From Sphyrna mokarran (Eukaryota), in the NCBI GenBank assembly GCA_024679065.1, contig JAGIQG010000043.1:868001-932000 (forward strand): DNA of 64,000 nt. Reading direction: 5' to 3'. The position numbers and the translations under genes are program-made. Of the stretch, positions 23,390-36,667 are shown in pieces. The notes below the pieces were generated by a model. The model worked only from the letters and a program-made list of their open reading frames with translations. It was not told the origin of the DNA and ran no database searches. Each line of letters opens with the position of its first letter. Position 1 is the first letter of the stretch.

Positions 23390-24737
23390 CAGTCCCAGTT
23401 TCTGCTGTTTTGGAAAAGAACAGGCTCTTCTTCCAATATTGACCTGGAGTCCCAGTTGAACAATGTACGTACAGACACCGCTACTTCTCCAGAATTACCC
23501 CGACACCATTACATGACTTTTGCTGTTGTAGGTCCCGTCCTCCTCCATTTTCCTGGGATCAGTTGATCTCACAATGACCAGGCCGGAAATATTCCAGAAA
23601 ATAGCAACCTGGTAGGAGAAACTCTACAGACCAAATACACGAAGAGCACATTCTGTTTGAAACTCAGCTCACCCGATGGCACAAAAAAAATGGCCGTCTT
23701 GTTGGTGGCACTATCTGGGAAGAAACTGGGGACAGTTCACGATTAATGCGCACAAAAAATAATGCTGCGCGCAACCTGAATGAATTTCATTTGCCCTCTT
23801 ACCTCCAATCAGGAGGGTGTGTCCATTCCGGAGCAGTGCAGACCCAGATACACGTGGACAGTATAGGAATCCAAGATATTCGTCTGGACATTGCGAATTT
23901 TCAGAATCAATACATCCTCTGGATTGCCTTTTTTTTCAGAAATAAACTTGCAGTTGTCCGTAGTGCACGATTTTCTGCTCATTAAAAAGATGCTTCACCC
24001 AGACGCTGTCGGTTACTTGCATATTCCGGAACCAAATTCAATTTATACGGCGAATGACAGGACAATTCCACCGTCTAGCCCACTGAAACTGTCATTGTGA
24101 AGAGGATCTGAGGCAGGCAGGTTTCGGATTCTGTAACTGGAGAGATTATTGTCACATTGTTATCGATTCTTGAAACATTCGGAGACGCCTCTTAAAAAAG
24201 AAATGCCTGTATTTAAATGTTAATTTATTTCTGTCACAAATATGCTGGCATTAACATTGCAGTGGATTTACAGTGAAAAATCCCCGCGTCTCCACACACC
24301 GGCGACTTTCGAATACACCGAGGGAGAATTTTTAGTCTCGCCAATGCACAAAATCAGCAAGTCTTTTGGAGCAAACCGGAGCAGCCAGAGGAAATCCGGG
24401 CAGACGGGGGGAGTACATGCAGACTCCACAGAGAGTGACCCAAATTGTGTATCGAACCCGGATCACTGGCGCTGGGAGGCAGCAGTGCCATGCACTAAAT
24501 AATCTCATTGTTCTTTCTGGCTCTACTTATTTTCCTTTCTTCATCGGTGGAACCACTTAACTAACTGATATGATCAGATCAAATGCTTCCACCTGACCAC
24601 TGGCTCACGTTTGCCGTGTAGAAAACTTTCATTCTGGTTTATAAAATTGCTTCTACTTAAAAAGAATCCTACACGCCTCTTACTGTGAAACAACAGTGCT
24701 TGCAAAATGAGTATCAGAGATACAAAGTCTTGGACAT
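23390..24737 (-). pseudogene. Pseudogene C: degenerate leader (24684-24737), VJ exon (23803-24136) and C1 exon (23390-23714) of a related VJ-C1 gene
   Basis: Splice sites are intact and the V-C intron is 88 nt. V: ...VSVG*TVELSC...RQRLGEA...LILKIRNVQ...GFLYC...LRNGHTLLIG, with stops and frameshifts. C1: ...VAIFWNISG...EEDGTYNSKSHVMVSG*FWRSSGVCT aligns with gene A VRWNVSG...EPDGTYTVRSYISVSQETWRSGARLT. The leader encodes VSLILILQALLFH|gtaag, out of frame with its ATG by 1 nt. Confidence 0.8.
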
Positions 24738-26034
24738 CTTGACAGAAACTTCCTTGTACAATGTCTCACTGACTAACTTCTGCAGACGCAGTGGACACAA
24801 TGACGTGCTCTGCGTCTCATTTAGTTGGGCCTTTTCTAAGTCGGTGGAAACTTTTCGAGCTGTGCTGTGGAAACTATGACACAGTGTAGGGCGTGCCAGT
24901 GTGAACACAACATTCGTCTGTCACACCTCACCATTTGAGTGTCACAGTACCCAGCAGGTAGAATTCAAAAATATTGTTTTTCGATTATAGGCCAGAGTAC
25001 TATTGGATGGATGCATAATGAATGCTCTGGAAAGATTTTATTTTTTAAAGTGTAATGATCTACACTTTTAAACATTCGTGGGACATGGGCGTTGCTGGCT
25101 TACCGACATTTACTGCCCTTCCCCGTTTGCACTTGGAGGGCAATACAGATTCAAGCACATTGCTCTAAAGTCACATGTAGGCCAGACCGGGTAAGGACGG
25201 CAGGCTTCCGTCCTGAAAGGATATGAGTGAACCAGATGGTTCCTTTCCAAACATTCAACAATGGTTTCATGGCCATCAGTAGATACTTAATTCCAGATTT
25301 TTTTTTATTGAATACAAATGCATCAACTGCTGTGCCGGGATTTGAACGCGTATCCCCAGAGCAATAGCTGTGTTTCTGTATTAATAGGCTTGCAATAACA
25401 CCACTGGGCCATCGCCTCCCCGGAAACAGAAAATCGTAATTTAGAAGGTGATCCAATGTTTAACACATCTTTTCTGTCACCCTTGACCTTGATTTCTTGT
25501 GTTAAAAAAAGTCCCAGCTTGTTTTCCCTTATCTGTTATTTATGACATCTGAGTCCTGCTATCATTCTTAAAAATCCTGCTTGTGCCAGTTCCAGAGTCG
25601 CAATTTCCTCTTTGTAGGAGCCCAAATGTGCACAGTTAATCCAAATTTGAATTGAGACCTTTTGTACGAAAGAATGGCTTAAGAGGTGACCATTATGTTC
25701 CCCTGCAATCTGCATTGTATATTCCAACTGAATTGCAAAAGCAACCTCAGCAAAAAGAGTTGTGGGACAAGATGGTTCAGTGCAAAAAGAGGGTGGCATA
25801 GTGATTACCACTGCTGCTTCACATTCCAGTGACCTGCGTTCAATTCTTGTGTGCACACTCTACACAGACATTTACCCCAGCTGGGAATAAAAAAAAACAA
25901 CATTTGGTGCTGTGAGGCAGCAGTGCGAAAGTCATGCAGGTTAGGTACCACAGGCCGAACGACATGCTTATCAGGTGCAGTAGCCATGCTATATTGTCCC
26001 TTCGTGTATCCGGATCAGGCGCTGAATTCTGGTG

Positions 26035-28116
26035 TAGAACATAGAACATAGAACATTACAGCACAGAACACGCCCTTCGGCCTTCGATGTTCCGCCGACC
26101 ATTATAAAATGCAATGACCCTCCAAACTAAACCATTCCCTTCTCTTCCATAAACTTAACAACTAACCTCTTAAACGCCACCAAACTTGGCGCATCTACAA
26201 CTGCCGCAGGCAGGGCATTCCACTCCCTAACCACCCTCTGGTAAAGAACCTACCTCTGATATCCGTCCTATAACTATCACCCCTTAATTTAAAGCTGTGT
26301 CCCCTCGTGCTAGCTTTTTCCATCCTAGGAAAAAGGCTATCACGGTCCACCCTATCTAAACCTCTAATCATCTTATATGTTTCGATCAGGTCTCCTCTTA
26401 GCCGCCTCCTTTCTAACGAAAACAACCTCAAATCCCTCAGCCTCTCCTCATAAGACCTGCCCTCCATACCAGGCAACATCCTGGTAAACCTCGTCTGTAC
26501 CCTCTCCAATGCCTCCACATCTTTCTTATAATGTGGGGACCAGAACTGCACACAATACTCCCAAGTGCGGCCGCACTAGAGTTTTGTACAGTTGCAACAT
26601 GACGTTGCGGCTCCGAAATTCAATCCCCCTACCAATAAAAGCTAAGACTCCATATGCCTTCTTACAACCTTATCGACTTGACTGCCTACTTTCAGGGATC
26701 TATGCACAAATACACCAAGATCCCTCTGTTCATCAACACTATTAAGAATTCTACCATTAGCCCTATACTCTACACATTTATTATTCCTGCCATAGTGCAT
26801 TACCTCACACTTTTCCACATTAAACTCCATTTGCCACCTCTCGGCCCAGCTCTTCAACTTGTCCAAGTCTCTCTGCAAACTATAACACCCCTCTTCACTA
26901 TCTACCACTCCAACGACTTTAGTGTCATCTGCAAATTTACTAATCCATCCTTCAATACCCTCATCCAGATCATTTATAAAAATTACAAACAGCAGGGCCC
27001 CAAAACAGATCCCTGAGGTACACCACTTGTAACCGAACTCCACGATGAATAACTTCCATCAACCACCACCCTCTGTCTTCTATCTGCTAGCCAATTCCTA
27101 ATCCAATTAGTTAAATCACCCTCCATCCCATACATCTGCATTTTCTGCAGAAGCCTTCCATGGGACACCTTATCAAACGCCTTACTAAAGTCCATATATA
27201 CCACATCAACTGCCTTACCCCCATCCACCTCCTTGGTCACTTTTTCAAAAAACTCAATGAGGTTAGTAAGGCACGACCTACCCTTCACAAAACCCTGCTG
27301 ACTATCCCCAATCAATTCATTTCTCTCTAAATAACTATAAATCCTATCCCTAATAATTCTCTCCAATACTTTGCCCACAACAGAAGTACGACTCACTGGC
27401 CTATAATTCCCTGGAAGGTCTCTCTTCCCCTTCTTGAACAACGGGACCACATTCGCTATCCTCCAGTCCTCCGGAACCACACCCGTAACCAACGACGAAC
27501 TGAAGATCAGAGCCAGAGGCTCTGCAATCTCCTCTCTTGCCTCCCAGAGAATCCTAGGGTAAATCCCGTCCGGCCCAGGGGACTTATCCAACTTCAAACC
27601 CTCGAGAATTTCTAGCACCTCCTCCCTATCTACTACAATACTTCCCAATTTGCAACCCTGTACCTCAGTGTTCTCCATAGCTACATTTCCAGCACTCTGC
27701 GTGAATACCGAAGAGAAATATTTATTCAGTGCCTCTCCAATCTCTTCAGGCTCCACGCACAACTTCACACTGCTGTCTATGACTGGCCCTAATCTTGCCC
27801 TAACCAATCTTCTACTCTTAACATATCTAAAGAAAGCTTTAGGATTCTCCTTAATCCTATCAGCCAAAGTCTTCTCGTGTCCCCTCTTAGCTCTCCTCAA
27901 CTCACTCTTTAGCTCCCTCCTGGCTAATCTATAGCTATCCATTTCGCTAACCGAGCCTTCAAGCCTCATCCTGACATAAGCCTCTTTTTTCCTTTTAACC
28001 AGCGAACCAACTTTTTTCATACACCAAGGTTCCCTTACTCGACCATTTCCTTCTTGCCTGACAGGGACATACTTATCAAGGACTCACAGCAGCTGCTCCT
28101 TGAATAAGCTCCACAT
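26035..28116 (-). mobile_element. CR1 LINE, 3' part of an interrupted host element
   Basis: ORFs 26983-28020, 26642-27043 and 26195-26551 encode RT ([33 protein letters not shown]). Confidence 0.93.
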
Positions 28117-31100
28117 AAAATTTCTGTCTTGGAGGCTACAGTTGAGGAAGAATCAACTGGAGCTGACCAAAGTGAGCAGGTCTCTGGGGGTGAGCCTGCT
28201 GAGAATGCTCAGGTGGGTGGGGGGAATAAGAGATTAGGCTTAGTTATAGGAGACTCCATAGTTAGAGGGACAGATAGGAGGGTAAATAGTAATAAACAGG
28301 ACTCAGGGCTGGTGTGTTGCCTCCCAGGGGCTGGGGTCCAGGATGTTGCAGATCGGGTTTTTAAGATTCTTAAGGGTGAGGGGAGTCAGCCCCAAGTCAT
28401 AGGTCATGTGGGGACACATGATGTAGGTAGGACAAGGGAAGGGGATATTAAACAGAAATTTATGGAGTTAGGGGGGAAGCTTAGGTCCATAACAGGCAGA
28501 GTGGTTATCTCTGGACTCTTGCCTGTGCCAAGAGATAGTTTAGAGATGAACAGAGAAAGGGATAGTTTGAACTCATGGCTGCGTGGATGGTGCAGGAGGG
28601 AGGGGTTCAGGTTCCTTAACAATTGGGACTCATTCTGGGATAGGTGGGACCTCTTCAAGAGCGATGGTCTACACCTGAACCAGAGGGGGACTAATATCTT
28701 GGGGGGAAAATTTGCTAAGGCTATGATGGGGGCTTTAAACTGATTCGGGGGGGTGGGATCCTAAGTAGTTGGGGTGCTGAGAGGGATGAGAGTAAGGGGG
28801 TTATAGAAGAGAGTTGTAAAACACAGCGGCGTACGGGTGGGGTGGGGCATGGTTTGAGATGCGTATACTTTAATGCAAGGAATATTCGCAATAAGGGGGA
28901 GGAACTTGCAGCTTGGACCAGTACTTGGAACTTCGATGCTGTGGCCATTTCAGAGACTTGGGTAGAGCAGGGACAGGAATGGATGTTGCAGGTTCCGAGG
29001 TACAAATGCTTTAGTCGGAGTAGAGAAGGAGGTAGAAGGGGGGGAGGAGTGGCATTATTGGTCAAAGACTGTATCACGGTGATAGAAAAGAAGTTTGATG
29101 AGGACTTGTCTGTTGAGGTAGTATGGGCTGAGATTAGAAACAGGAGAGGAGAGGTCACCCTGTTGGGAGTCTTTTACAGACATCCTAATAGTTCTAGAGA
29201 GGTTGAGGAAAGGATTGCAAAGTCAATTCTGATTAGGAGTGAAAGTAGTAGGGTAATTGTGATGGGGGACTTTAACTTTGCTAATATTGATTGGAATAGC
29301 GATAGCTCTAGCTCGTTAGAGGGGTCAGTTTTCGTACAGAGTGTGCAGGAAGGTTTTTTGAATCAGTATGTAGATAGGCCAACTAGAGGTGAGGCTACAT
29401 TGGATTTGGTGCTGGGCAATGAGCCAGACCAGGGGTTAGGCTTGGAAGTTAGTGAACATTTTGGTGATAGTGACCACAATTCGGTTACGTTCACCTTAGT
29501 GATGGATAGGGATAGGCATGAAGCTGGGGGCAGTAGTTATAGCTGGGGGAAGGGTAATTATGAGGCCATCAGGAGAGAATTAGGGTGCATAGATTGGACT
29601 AGGAAATACAGGGACTGGGAACATCTGGAATGTGGAGCTTATTCAAGGAGCAACTGCTGCGAGTCCTTGATAAGTATGTCCCTGTCAGGCAAGGAGGAAA
29701 TGGTCGAGTAAGAGAACCTTGGTGTACGAGAAAAGTTGATTTGCTGGTTAAAAGGAAAAAGGAGGCTTATGTCAGGATGAGGCTTGAAGGCTCAGATAGT
29801 GCAATGGATAGCTATAGATTAGCCAGGAAGGAGGTAAAAAGTGAATTGAGGAGAGCTAAGAGGGGACACGAGAAGATGTGGGCTGATAGGATTAAGGAGA
29901 ATCCTAAAGCTTTCTTTCGATATGTTAAGAATAGAAGATTGGTTAGGGCAAGATTAGGGCCAGTCATAGACAGCAGTGGGAAGTTGTGTGTAGAGCCTGA
30001 AGAGATTGGTGAGGCACTGAATAAATATTTCTCTTCGGTATTCAAGCAGAGTGCTGGAAATGTAGCTATGGAGAACACTGAGGTACAGGGTTGCAAATTG
30101 GGAAGTATTGTAGTAGATAGGGAGGATGTGCTAGAAATTCTCGAGGGTTTGAAGTTGGATAAGTCCCCTGGCCGGACGGGATTTACCCTAGGATTCTCTG
30201 GGAGGCAAGAGAGGAGATTGCAGAGCCTCTGGCTCTGATCTTCAGGTCCTTGTTGGTTACGGGTGTGGTTCCAGAGGACTGGAGGATAGCGAATGTGGTC
30301 CCATTGTTTAAGAAGGGGAAGAGAGACCTTCCAGGGAAGTATAGGCCAGTGAGTCTTACTTCTGTGGTGGGCAAGGTATTGGAGAGAATTATTAGGGATA
30401 GGATTTATAGTTATTTAGAGAGAAATGAATTGATTGGGGATAGTCAGCATGGTTTCGTGAAGGGTAGGTCATGCCTTACTAACCTCATTGAGTTTTTTGA
30501 GAAAGTGACCAGAGAAGTGGATGGGGGTAAGGCGGTTGATGTAGTATATATGGACTTTAGTAAGGCTTTTGATAAGGTGGCCCATGGAAGACTTCTACAG
30601 AAAATGCAGATGTGTGGAATAGAGGGTGATTTAGCTAATTGGATTAGGAATTGGCTGGCCGATAGAAGACAGAGGGTGGTGGTTGATGGGAGATATTCAT
30701 CGTGGAGTTCGGTGACGAGTGGGGTGCCTCAGGGGTCTGTTTTGGGGCCACTGCTGTTTGTAATTTTTATAAATGATCTGGATGAGGGTATTGAGGGATG
30801 GATCAGTAAATTTGCAGATGACACTAAAGTCGGTGGAGTGGTAGATAGTGAAAGAGGGGTGTTATACTTTACAGAGTGACTTGGACAAGTTGCAGAGCTG
30901 GGCCGAGAGGTGGCAAATGGAGTTTAATGTGGAAAAGGGTGAGGTAATGCACTTTGGCAGGAACAATAAATGTGTAGAGTATAGGGCTAATGGTAGGCTC
31001 TTAATAGTGTTGAGGAACAGAAGGATCTTGGTGTATGTGTCAATAGATCCCTGAAAGTAGGCAGTCAAGTGGATAAAGTTGTTAAGAAGGCATATGGAGT

Positions 31101-31698
31101 CTTAGCTTTATTGGTAGGGGGATTGAATTTAGGAGCCGCAGCATCATGTTGCAACTGTACAAAACTCTAGTGCGGCCGCACTTGGAGTATGGTGTGCAGT
31201 TCTGGTCACCACATTATAAGAAAGATGTGGAGGCATTGGAGAGGGTACAGAGGAGGTTTACCAGGATGTTGCCTGGTATGGAGGGCAGGTTCTATGAAGA
31301 GAGGTTGAAGGATTTGAGGTTGTTTTCGTTAGAAAGGAGGCGGCTAAGAGGGGATCTAATTGAAGCATATAAGATGATTAGAGGTTTAGATAGGGTGGAC
31401 AGTGATAGCCTTTTTCCTAGGATGGAGAAAGCTAGCACGAGGGGACACAGCTTTAAATTAAGGGGTATGAGTTATAGGACGGATATCAGAGGTAGGTTCT
31501 TTATCAAAGAGTGATTAGGGAGTGGAATGCCCTGCCTGCAGCTGTTGTAGATGCGCCAAGTTTGGTGGCGTTTAAGAGGTTAATTGATAAGAATATGGAA
31601 GAGAAGGGAATGGTTTAGTTTGGAGGGGCATTGCTTTTTATTTTGGTCGGCACAACATCGAAGGCCGAAGGGCCTGTTCTGTGCTGTATTGTTCTATA
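28117..31698 (+). mobile_element. Long CR1 LINE: ORF1 C-terminal SGNH/GDSL esterase-like domain and frameshifted ORF2 (APE endonuclease + RT)
   Basis: ORF1 has VIGDSIVR, HVGTHD and DGLHLN. ORF2 has AISETW, MGDFN, LDLV, SDHN, then RT motifs; TTCTAT tail at about 31690. Confidence 0.95.
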
Positions 31699-32206
31699 TC
31701 AGATGTTCCCAGTCCCTGTAGTTTCCTAGTCCAATCAACGCACCCTAATTCTCTCCTTATGGCCTTATAATTACCCTTCCCCCAGCTATAACTACTGCCC
31801 CCAGCTTCATGCCTATCCCTATCCATCACTAAGGTGAATGTAACCGAATTGTGGTCACTATCACCAAAATGTTCACTAACTTCCAAGCCTAACACCTGGT
31901 CTGGCTCATTGCCCAGCACCAAAGCCAATGTAGCCTCACCTCTAGTTGGCCTATCTACATACTGAGTCAAAAAAACCTTCCTGCACACTTTGTACGAAAA
32001 CTGACCCCTCTAACGAGCTAGAGCTATAGCTATTCCAATCAATATTAGTAAAGTTAAAGTCCCCCATAACAATTACCCTATTACTTTCACTCCTGTCCAG
32101 GATTGACTTTGCAATCCTTTCCTCTACCTCTCTAGAACTTTTAGGAGGCCTATAAAAGATTCCCAACAGGGTGACCTCTCCTCTCCTGTTTCTAATCTCA
32201 GCCCAT
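31699..32206 (-). mobile_element. CR1 endonuclease fragment, 5' part of the interrupted host element
   Basis: Corresponds to element positions immediately upstream of where 26035-28116 begins. Confidence 0.88.
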
Positions 32207-32740
32207 GTCTCGGTGTCTCGGGGATTTTCTCGGTAGCTTCACTGCAGTGTTAATCTGAACCTATTTCTGACACAAGTAAATAAAAAAAAGTCAAAATGGA
32301 TATTTCTTATCACATCCATATGTAAACTGTGCATAAGTTTTACCTTACAGTGGTTTGTAAAATCTCATTAAAACTGTGAATAGACAACGTCTTTTGTCCC
32401 TGGGGAGCAGAGTGCAAAATTAGAGGAAATAACTTGAAGATGAAAGGTTAGTGATTTTAAAGGGGCCCGAAGGGGAATCCCTTCACACAGAGAGTAGTGG
32501 TAATGTGGAATCAGCTGCCAGAGAAGGGTATAGGAGCAGCGATAACTATGACATATTGGAAAAATGCATAGTTGAGAAAGATTAGAAGGAAGTGAGCCAA
32601 AGGCAGGAAAATGAGGCTAATATATTATAGGAAATATTCTGGTCGAGTTGGGAGGGGAGAAGTTCATATTTCTGTGTTGCATATCTCTCTAAACAAGCCT
32701 GTTCGCCGTTTGTTGGAAATTACCCCAGGTTCCAAACACT

Positions 32741-33060
32741 CATCAATCTGCAGTTTCACACCGAGTCCCAGTCTTTGATCACTGCAGGCAGCTCTGCACA
32801 TGAAGCGCCTCAATTCTTAAGACAGGAAACTGCTGACTGCTTTTGGCTTGAACATCATTTTCCACTTGAAGCAGGAAACGGTGAAGTGGTCAGAATCTCG
32901 ACCAGCCACCTCGTTTTGCAGAGTCTCGAATGGGTTGTGGGTAAGGGCATATTGACACTCACAGCAAACTGCTGCAGTCACAGGCAATGCACATCTTTGC
33001 TGCCAAATCTCACTCTCTGCTACAACTTCTACTGAGTCCCTTCTTCAAGATCAAGCATTT
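32741..33060 (-). pseudogene. Highly degenerate V(J)-like exon relic
   Basis: Acceptor tattttgcag at 33061, about 320 nt. Fragments across frames: RFLLQVEND...FPVLRIEAL and RFMCRAACSDQRLGLGVKLQID (F-strand Cys plus xGxGxKL J-like end). Multiple stops and frameshifts. Confidence 0.4.
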
Positions 33061-34946
33061 CTGCAAAATAGACATATTACTCATTTCAGGTCACATTTTG
33101 TCTATAATTCCTTTCTCCAGGCTCTTCACATTCAGATTAATGTAACTCATTAATTTTGAATACTACTCCCTTTCCCAGCGACTCGCTGATATCGCACTGT
33201 ATAATATGTACACGCACACAGGGAAAGAAATCAACAAGATTGCTATCTGCTGAAATACTTGTTTGAAGCAGAGTGATATGAAAGAACAATAACCTTCAAT
33301 TGCTCTCCCGGCCGTACCACACACTGACTGTATTGCTGTTCCTCACAGTTCAATGGATCTGGGTTCGATTCCTGGCTTGGTTCCCTGCTTGTGTGTCGTT
33401 TGCGTGTTCTGCCGACATCTGCGTGAATTTCCTCCCACTTTGCGAAACTCATGTTGATAAAGTGCATTGGCGATGCTAAATTGCTGCCCAGTGTACCCGA
33501 AGAGGCAACGGAGTGTGGTGGCTTGGGAATTTTGTGATAGGTTGTTTAAATGTATTTATTTGTGTCACAAGCAATCATACATTAACAGCATAGTGAAAAT
33601 ATTGTGAAAATCCCCTAATCCAACACTCTGGACTGTTCGGGTACACCGAGGAAAAATATGGAGCATGGTTATAGCACCTCACCAACATATATTTCGAACT
33701 GTGGAAAGAAACCGGATGCCCTGAAGTAAACCTATGCCAACACGTATACATCATATAGACTCTACACAGACTTGTCACTCAAGGCCAGAATCAAACCTAG
33801 CTCCCTCGTGCTATGAGGCAGCAATGCTAATCGCTGTGCCTCCATGTCGTGCACAATTAATAGTCATTGCTTTAAAATACTAATTGCAATTTTTTGTTTC
33901 AGATGCCGCAGTGAAATGTGAGTAAATGAAATGATTTGTAAAGCTTTGGGGCCGCACGGTAGCACAGTGGTTCTCACTGCTGTTTCACTGCTCCAGGGTG
34001 CTGGGTTCGATTCCCGGCTCGGGTCACTGTCTGTGTGGAGTTTTCACATTCTTTTGTTTCCTCCGAGTGCTTCAGTTTCCTCACACAGTTCAAAGATGTG
34101 TGGGTTAAGTGGATTTGATATGCTAAAATAATGTCCTTAGTGTTCTGAGGTACTTAGGTTAGAGGGGTTAGCAGGCAAAATATATAGTGTTATGGAATCG
34201 GGCCTGGGTGGGATTGTGCTCAGTGTAAACTTGAAGGGCCGAAGGGCCTCTATCTGCACTATAGGATTCTATGAATCTTGTAGTCGTCGCACTGTTTTTG
34301 GGACTGTCTCAAAACCAGATTGTTCCAAAAATCATTCCCATGGACTGATCTTTCAGCAATTTCCACATTCATTTCTAATATACTCTGAGTGTGGTGAACA
34401 TTCCGACGTCATGATTTATTAATGTGCAGTGACCAATAGCTGAACGTCTTCGAATTGAGAAGGTGTGATGACTGATGAAAGTGGAAATGGTCGCGAGCTT
34501 CAAGTTTCTGTGTGCACAGATCACCAACAAACTGCCACTCCCACATTGCTTTAAATAAAGACAGCCAGCACTTCTACTTTCTCAGGACACTAAGGAAATT
34601 TTACATTTCCGCTACGACTCTCAACAATTTTTGCAGATACACCATGAAAGGAATCCTTTTCGGACGTTTCACAACTTGGTGTGGCCACTGCTCTGTCCAA
34701 GACCGGAAGCAACTACAAAAGGTTGTGAACTTAGCCAAGCCCCATCACACAAATCAGGCTCCCATCTCTTTTCTTTGTCCATTTTCTGTTGCCTTGGAAA
34801 AACATCAGCGTAACGAAGGAGCCATACACCCCAGTCATAATCTCTTCTTCCTTTTTCAATCGCAAAATAAATCTCAAAGTGCTTTCTCATAGAATATAGA
34901 AAATAATAAAAACAATTGCAACATGCTAAAAGCATGTTGCATCGCC

Positions 34947-35690
34947 ACGTTGTCTATTCACAGTATAAATGAGATTTTATAAACCACTATAAGGTAAAAC
35001 TTATGCACAATTTACATATGGATGTGATAAGAAATATCCATTTTGACTTTTTTTTTATTTACTTGTGTCAGAAATAGGTTCAGATTAACACTGCAGTGAA
35101 GCTACCGAGAAAATCCCCGAGACACCGAGACATGGGCTGAGATTAGAAACAGGAGAGGAGAGGTCACCCTGTTGGGAATCTTTTATAGGCCTCCTAAAAG
35201 TTCTAGAGAGGTAGAGGAAAGGATTGCAAAGTCAATCCTGGACAGGAGTGAAAGTAATAGGGTAATTGTTATGGGGGACTTTAACTTTACTAATATTGAT
35301 TGGAATAGCTATAGCTCTAGCTCGTTAGAGGGGTCAGTTTTCATACAAAGTGTGCAGGAAGGTTTTTTGAATCAGTATGTAGATAGGCCAACTAGAGGTG
35401 AGGCTACATTGGATTTGGTGCTGGACAATGAGCCAGACCAGGTGTTAGGCTTGGAAGTTGGTGAACATTTTGGTGATAGTGACCACAATTCGGTTACATT
35501 CACCTTAGTGATGGATAGGGATAGGCATGAAGCTGGGGGCAGTAGTTATAGTTGGGGAAGGGTAATTATGAGGCCATAAGGAGAGAATTAGGGTGCGTAG
35601 ATTGGACTAGGAAACTACAGGGACTGGAACATCTGAAATGTGGAGCTTATTCAAGGGGCAGCTGCTGCGTGTCCTTGATAAGTATGTTGA
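34947..35690 (+). repeat. Inverted duplicate of 31699-32390 (flank, SINE remnant and CR1 endonuclease fragment)
   Basis: Near-identical reverse complement, including the same flank/LINE junction (gacaccgagac|atgggctgag). Confidence 0.9.
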
Positions 35691-35859
35691 TAAGCATTGC
35701 ATGTTCCCTTTAAACAAAGACAACTTTTGTACATCGAATTAACAAAATGGAATAACATTGTATCAAAGGCCAGGCAGTAGTGTTCCCAAGACAAGTTGCT
35801 TTTGAATTTTGCTCAATCAGTTTAAATTAGGCACTTTGCTAGCAACAGCCTATTAGATT

Positions 35860-36360
35860 TAGAACATAGAGCATAGAACACTGCAGTGCAAACAGGCCCT
35901 TCGACCCACAAGTTGCGCCCATCATATCCATACCTACCAGGCTATAGAAAAATCCATAACTCCCAATCCCATTAAATCCCATGTACTCATCCAGAAGTCT
36001 TTTAAAAGAGTCCAACGAGTTTGCCTCTACAACAAACAACGGCAGCCGATTCCATTCACTCACCTCACTCTGAGTGAAAAGCTTACGCTGACACCATTTC
36101 AGCTCTGGAAAATAGCCTCCGAGAATCCACCCTATCTTTTCTTATCAACATTTTATAGACCTGTATCAGGTCGCCTCTCAACTTCGTCTCTCCAGAGAGA
36201 AGAGACCTAGCTCCTTCAACCTATCTTCATAAAGCATACCCCCCAATCCAGGCAGCATCCGTGTAAATCTCCTCTGCACCCTCTCAATAGCTTCCACATC
36301 CTTGCAGTAGTGAGGCGACTAGAAATGCGCACAGTGGGGTGTGACAAGGGTCTTATAAAT
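35860..36360 (-). mobile_element. CR1 3' fragment
   Basis: WNRLP..VVEANSLDSFKRLLD in ORF 35839-36063; tagaac tail. Confidence 0.8.
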
Positions 36361-36499
36361 TCTCATAAGGGTCTTATATTTCAATTTGATGGTTTGATAT
36401 CTTGAGAACCAATCCTACCGTGGTGGTGATGGTTATCATCGGGGGATGGGGCAATTGCACAAACTGGATAAGAGTCCCTGCCACAGCTCACAGCTTTAG

Positions 36500-36667
36500 N
36501 NNNNNNNNNNNNNNNNNNNNNNNNNNNNNNNNNNNNNNNNNNNNNNNNNNNNNNNNNNNNNNNNNNNNNNNNNNNNNNNNNNNNNNNNNNNNNNNNNNNN
36601 NNNNNNNNNNNNNNNNNNNNNNNNNNNNNNNNNNNNNNNNNNNNNNNNNNNNNNNNNNNNNNNNNNN
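36500..36667. other. Assembly gap (N run); others at 48131-48230 and 52490-52589
   Basis: Runs of N. Confidence 1.

Noticed and set aside
24880-24920. CACAGTG heptamer upstream of pseudogene C, and others at SINE heads (e.g. 280, 33963, 40910)
   Set aside because: No ACAAAAACC-like nonamer at 12 or 23 nt for the 24880 site; the others are part of the SINE tRNA-like head.
28129-28743. Standalone SGNH/GDSL esterase gene
   Set aside because: It directly precedes the APE-RT ORF2; esterase-like ORF1 domains are known in CR1-clade LINEs.
29600-31150. Frameshifts in young CR1 copies as programmed recoding
   Set aside because: The indels differ between copies and often fall in short homopolymers, consistent with decay or sequencing error.
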